A stretch of DNA of 28,786 nt from a virus (Duplodnaviria; Caudoviricetes): IMG/VR virus record IMGVR_UViG_3300033067_000249, positions 1 to 28,786 of that record. One strand, 5' to 3'. The stretch's first letter is position 1. Each line of letters begins with the position of its first letter. This document shows, piece by piece, positions 25,724 to 28,786 of this stretch. Under the pieces are notes generated by a model. It was not told where the DNA came from. It saw nothing but the letters and a program-made list of their open reading frames with translations, and ran no database searches. A program made the position numbers and the translations under genes.

Positions 25724-25761
25724 CATGATAAATACTCTATCACAATAGGGTATTTACCATG
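25724..25761 (+). promoter_or_regulatory. Late promoter box in the 5' arm of a hairpin that occludes the SD and ATG
   Basis: CATG-A-TAAATACTCTAT-CACA-ATAGGGTATTTA-C-CATG; GATAAATA at 25727-25734. Confidence 0.8.
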
Positions 25762-25926
25762 GCACAGATTATCGAAGATGTATTAGTCATCAAATTCAGC
25801 AAAATCGTCAAAGACAGCGAAACCGAAGTTTCTGGTATCGCTGGTAACGATATTCAACAAGCATTAGAACAAGTCGCTCAGGAATTAGTAGGCGATGCTG
25901 TCGTTGTAGAAGTGGTAAAAGCATAA
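25759..25926 (+). CDS. Small hypothetical protein, 55 aa (absent from the ORF track)
   Basis: MAQIIEDVLVIKFSKIVKDSETEVSGIAGNDIQQALEQVAQELVGDAVVVEVVKA*; AGGG SD; TAATG coupling downstream. Confidence 0.85.
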   Translation: MAQIIEDVLVIKFSKIVKDSETEVSGIAGNDIQQALEQVAQELVGDAVVVEVVKA

Positions 25927-26279
25927 TGGCACAAGCAACTACTTTACAGCTATTACCACAGCTTTCGTTCAACTATCAATCTGTAGTTGGTGGCACATAT
26001 ACCGGGGAGAAACACCCGGCAGCCAGCTATTATACAGGCAACAAAGATTTGCAAACATTAACCTGGAACGTAACTACCGTTACTGGGTTAATTACTATCC
26101 AAGCGTCATTAGTAGAAAATCCCAACGACACATCTGATTGGGTGACAGTTGCAACAGTTGCGTGTAACAACACAACTCAAACTAGATTTCAAAACATCAA
26201 CGGTAATTTTGTTTGGCTACGTGCGAAAGTTACTGGATTCACTCAGGGTGTGATTCAAAACGTAAAAGTGAGTTATTAA
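25926..26279 (+). CDS. Small beta-rich hypothetical protein, possibly structural
   Basis: 117 aa; ITIQASL...W...GNFVWLRAKV suggests a beta sandwich. Confidence 0.75.
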   Translation: MAQATTLQLLPQLSFNYQSVVGGTYTGEKHPAASYYTGNKDLQTLTWNVTTVTGLITIQASLVENPNDTSDWVTVATVACNNTTQTRFQNINGNFVWLRAKVTGFTQGVIQNVKVSY

Positions 26280-26280
26280 A

Positions 26281-27039
26281 ATGAATTTATTTGAAGGTGG
26301 AAACATTTGGGACGATGTAGCAACGAACTTCGACCCAACTAAAGTGGGCAAGCCATTGACAGCAATCACCCAGAAATATGTAGATTCACTAGGTGCAGGT
26401 GTGAACACTGTTGGTAGTTGCTATAAGCCACGCTTTGATAACCAAGGTAAAGTTGTACCTAGTAACGACTTGGATGCTATGTTAGACTTGAATGTATTAG
26501 CACAAGCGTTTGGCACAAGTGATGGTAAAACAACACGCAAAGCATTAAATGACTACTTACAGAAACAAGGATTGAAAACATATCAATCAGGTGTTACAGT
26601 TCATGCTAGAGTTCCAATGGGAGGTCAATTCTATCAAGTAGACTTGAAAGTTGTACCCAACGCAGCTAAAGTTGCTCAGTTTCATAGACATGATATTCCA
26701 CAAGGTAGTCAATACAAAGGCGTTAACAAGCAATTGGTAATGAGTGCTTTGGCAACTAGTCAAGGTATGCTTTGGTCAGCAGACGAGGGTTTGTATGCGA
26801 GAGATGAAGCTGGTAAGAAGGCTCAATTACTATCAGACAACTGGGACACAATTGCTCAGTACCTATTAGGTAAAGATGCATCAGGAAAAGACCTTGGATC
26901 AGTAGAATCAATCATGGCGAAAATTCCAGAACAACGCAGAGAAGAAATTATGGCAACTGCACGTGCAGGTCGTAGTTGGCAATCAGCGACCCCCGGTGTT
27001 AACGAGTGGTTTAAGCATACAATGGAAATGTTGAAATGA
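26281..27039 (+). CDS. Putative Pol-beta-superfamily nucleotidyltransferase
   Basis: VGS...SNDLD motif plus a distal QVDL aspartate; N-terminal MNLFEGG. Confidence 0.6.
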   Translation: MNLFEGGNIWDDVATNFDPTKVGKPLTAITQKYVDSLGAGVNTVGSCYKPRFDNQGKVVPSNDLDAMLDLNVLAQAFGTSDGKTTRKALNDYLQKQGLKTYQSGVTVHARVPMGGQFYQVDLKVVPNAAKVAQFHRHDIPQGSQYKGVNKQLVMSALATSQGMLWSADEGLYARDEAGKKAQLLSDNWDTIAQYLLGKDASGKDLGSVESIMAKIPEQRREEIMATARAGRSWQSATPGVNEWFKHTMEMLK

Positions 27040-28190
27040 AATTCTCAGATATTCTAGCAGAAGCCGCTGCACCTAATGTAGGACGTAAGTACCAACATAT
27101 CGAAGATATGGTATTGTCTAATGGAAGCCACGGTGCTCTACATGCAGTTGAGCGTATGCGTCATATGGTTGATAATTATGACAGTATAGAATTAAAGTGG
27201 GATGGCATGCCTGTTGTTTATTGGGGTAGAGATGAAAAGGGAATCTTCAGAATGATTCCTAAGAATGCTTGGGCCTATCTATCTCGTGGTGCTACTCAAA
27301 CTAAAACAGGTGCACCTACACTACCTAATAGTCCTGAAGATGTTGTAAAATTTATTCTTGGCACAGGTGGTGAAGCTGATGCAGGTCGCAAACTATTCGC
27401 ATCTAATGTAGCAAAATTATGGTCTTTATTTGAAAAAGTAAGTCCTCAGAGGGGTTTCTTAGAAGGTGGCATATTGTTCTATCCGGGTACTAAACCAGAT
27501 GGTTCAAGTGCAATGCCTCAACTAAATCCTCGCACAAAGACTTATGACTTTAAGCCAAACATCACTGCGTTCCATGTACCGGTTGATAGTAAACTAGGTA
27601 AACAAATTGGTAAAGCAAAGATGATGGTAGCCGCTACTGGATTCTTTGATAAGTTGGGTAGTTCAGACGAGAGCAGATTAGCTAACACCGGTAGTCTATC
27701 TACACCTGATGTTATTGTACAAGGTACGACCTATGTAGAAGAAATGCCAGGAGTGAACACTGCTGGATTAGATAAACTAGAACGATTTGTAAAAGCAAAC
27801 GCACAAGCGATTGATAACTATCTTGCACCTAAAAAGGGATTAAGTAACCCTGGTGGCGAATTGTATACCTATTTAAATAAGCATTTACGCACAAAAGGTT
27901 TACTGAATGATTTTTCAGCTTGGGCTCAAACAAATTTAAGTCCGCAAAAAGCAGAAATGTTATTAAGTGATGCTGATGGATTGAAAGCAACATTAGGTGC
28001 AGTAGAAGCAATCTCTAATGAGAAGATGCAAATCATTAAGTCATTGAGTTTAGGTTTGCACGGTGGCATTATGCAAACTAATCCAGAAGGATATGTACAA
28101 GCTCACCCTGAAATTGATTTAACACATGATGTACCCGGTCAGTTCCTGAAGTTGATTGACCAAACTAATTGGAAGCCAAATAAATTATGA
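27036..28190 (+). CDS. Ligase-like covalent nucleotidyltransferase-fold protein (DUF6267-like)
   Basis: HIED; motif I ELKWDG (K54); FLEGG; motif IV-like PEGYV; motif V-like LKLID. Confidence 0.6.
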   Translation: MKFSDILAEAAAPNVGRKYQHIEDMVLSNGSHGALHAVERMRHMVDNYDSIELKWDGMPVVYWGRDEKGIFRMIPKNAWAYLSRGATQTKTGAPTLPNSPEDVVKFILGTGGEADAGRKLFASNVAKLWSLFEKVSPQRGFLEGGILFYPGTKPDGSSAMPQLNPRTKTYDFKPNITAFHVPVDSKLGKQIGKAKMMVAATGFFDKLGSSDESRLANTGSLSTPDVIVQGTTYVEEMPGVNTAGLDKLERFVKANAQAIDNYLAPKKGLSNPGGELYTYLNKHLRTKGLLNDFSAWAQTNLSPQKAEMLLSDADGLKATLGAVEAISNEKMQIIKSLSLGLHGGIMQTNPEGYVQAHPEIDLTHDVPGQFLKLIDQTNWKPNKL

Positions 28191-28786
28191 AACGCACAGG
28201 TAATAGTAAAATAGCAGTAGTAGGTTGGGGAAGAGGCATGGGTCACACTGGACACATGTATCTAGCTGATGCTGTTATCTCACAAGCCAAAGACATGAAA
28301 GCTGATCCTTATTTCTTTGTAAGTAAGACAGTTGGTAAAGATGACCCATTATTACCCGAAGAAAAACTTTCAATCTATCAAACAGTTTTCCCGCAACAGA
28401 AGAATATCTTCACAGCAGAAGGCAACTTGAATCAAGCACTGCAAGAGTTGGCAAAATTAGGTTATCAGGGTGTTGTCTTAGTTGTCGGTGCGGATCAAAA
28501 AGAATCATTCAAGTACTTAGAGAAGCCAAACAAAGAAGGTGTTCCAGTCTACCAAAGTTTCGGTTTCTCAAAATTGAGAGTAATCTCAAGACAAGAAACA
28601 CGTAGTAAGTTTAGAGGTGAAGAGGGTCCTCGTGCTACACCAATGCGTCAAGTTCTATTGGATCCTAACGCAACTGACGAACAAAAATACAAAGTATGGC
28701 GTCGAGACATGCCATCAGCATTGAGTGATGAACAAGTAATGGATTTTATGAGTAAAGCTGCAAGTCGTTTAACCGCACCAAAGGGT
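28187..28786 (+). CDS. HIGH-superfamily cytidylyl/adenylyltransferase-like protein, 3'-truncated (absent from the ORF track)
   Basis: Open for 200 codons to the window edge: MKRTGNSKIAVVGWGRGMGHTGH...DDPL...LVVGADQ...RATPMR; ATGA overlap with the upstream gene. Confidence 0.8.
   Translation, partial: MKRTGNSKIAVVGWGRGMGHTGHMYLADAVISQAKDMKADPYFFVSKTVGKDDPLLPEEKLSIYQTVFPQQKNIFTAEGNLNQALQELAKLGYQGVVLVVGADQKESFKYLEKPNKEGVPVYQSFGFSKLRVISRQETRSKFRGEEGPRATPMRQVLLDPNATDEQKYKVWRRDMPSALSDEQVMDFMSKAASRLTAPKG

Noticed and set aside
1-28786. Stop-codon reassignment, as seen in some large phages
   Set aside because: Genes are full length and tightly packed under the standard code, and TGA is used as a stop in ATGA overlaps. 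TAG usage cannot be tested well in this window.

Overview
AT-rich (roughly 38% GC by eye), densely coding segment of a large T4-like (myovirus-type) bacteriophage genome, read in the standard code, with all convincing genes on + except phoH. The left half is a late structural module: tail sheath (5'-truncated), tail tube, a tube paralog, gp4-like head-completion nuclease, a probable small terminase, a large acidic core/internal protein, a fiber-like protein, a GH19 lysozyme and an Ig-repeat protein. The right half carries a free-standing fragment of a family-C (DnaE) polymerase, GroES, a Bax-inhibitor/YccA protein, a clamp loader, PhoH, a holin-like protein, DnaJ and ClpA, and ends in a coupled run of three nucleotidyltransferase-fold genes. 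Most interesting: (1) T4-type late promoter boxes (NNTAAATA) repeatedly sit inside hairpins that hide the next gene's SD or start codon; (2) a DnaE piece that stops just before its catalytic aspartates, with no intein; (3) a Pol-beta / ligase-like / HIGH nucleotidyltransferase trio, two members of which have capsid-targeting-like N-termini; (4) a repeat in the phoH divergent region that is complementary to both start codons. No tRNA, rRNA, CRISPR array or mobile element was seen. All family calls come from motif recognition by eye; no database search was run.
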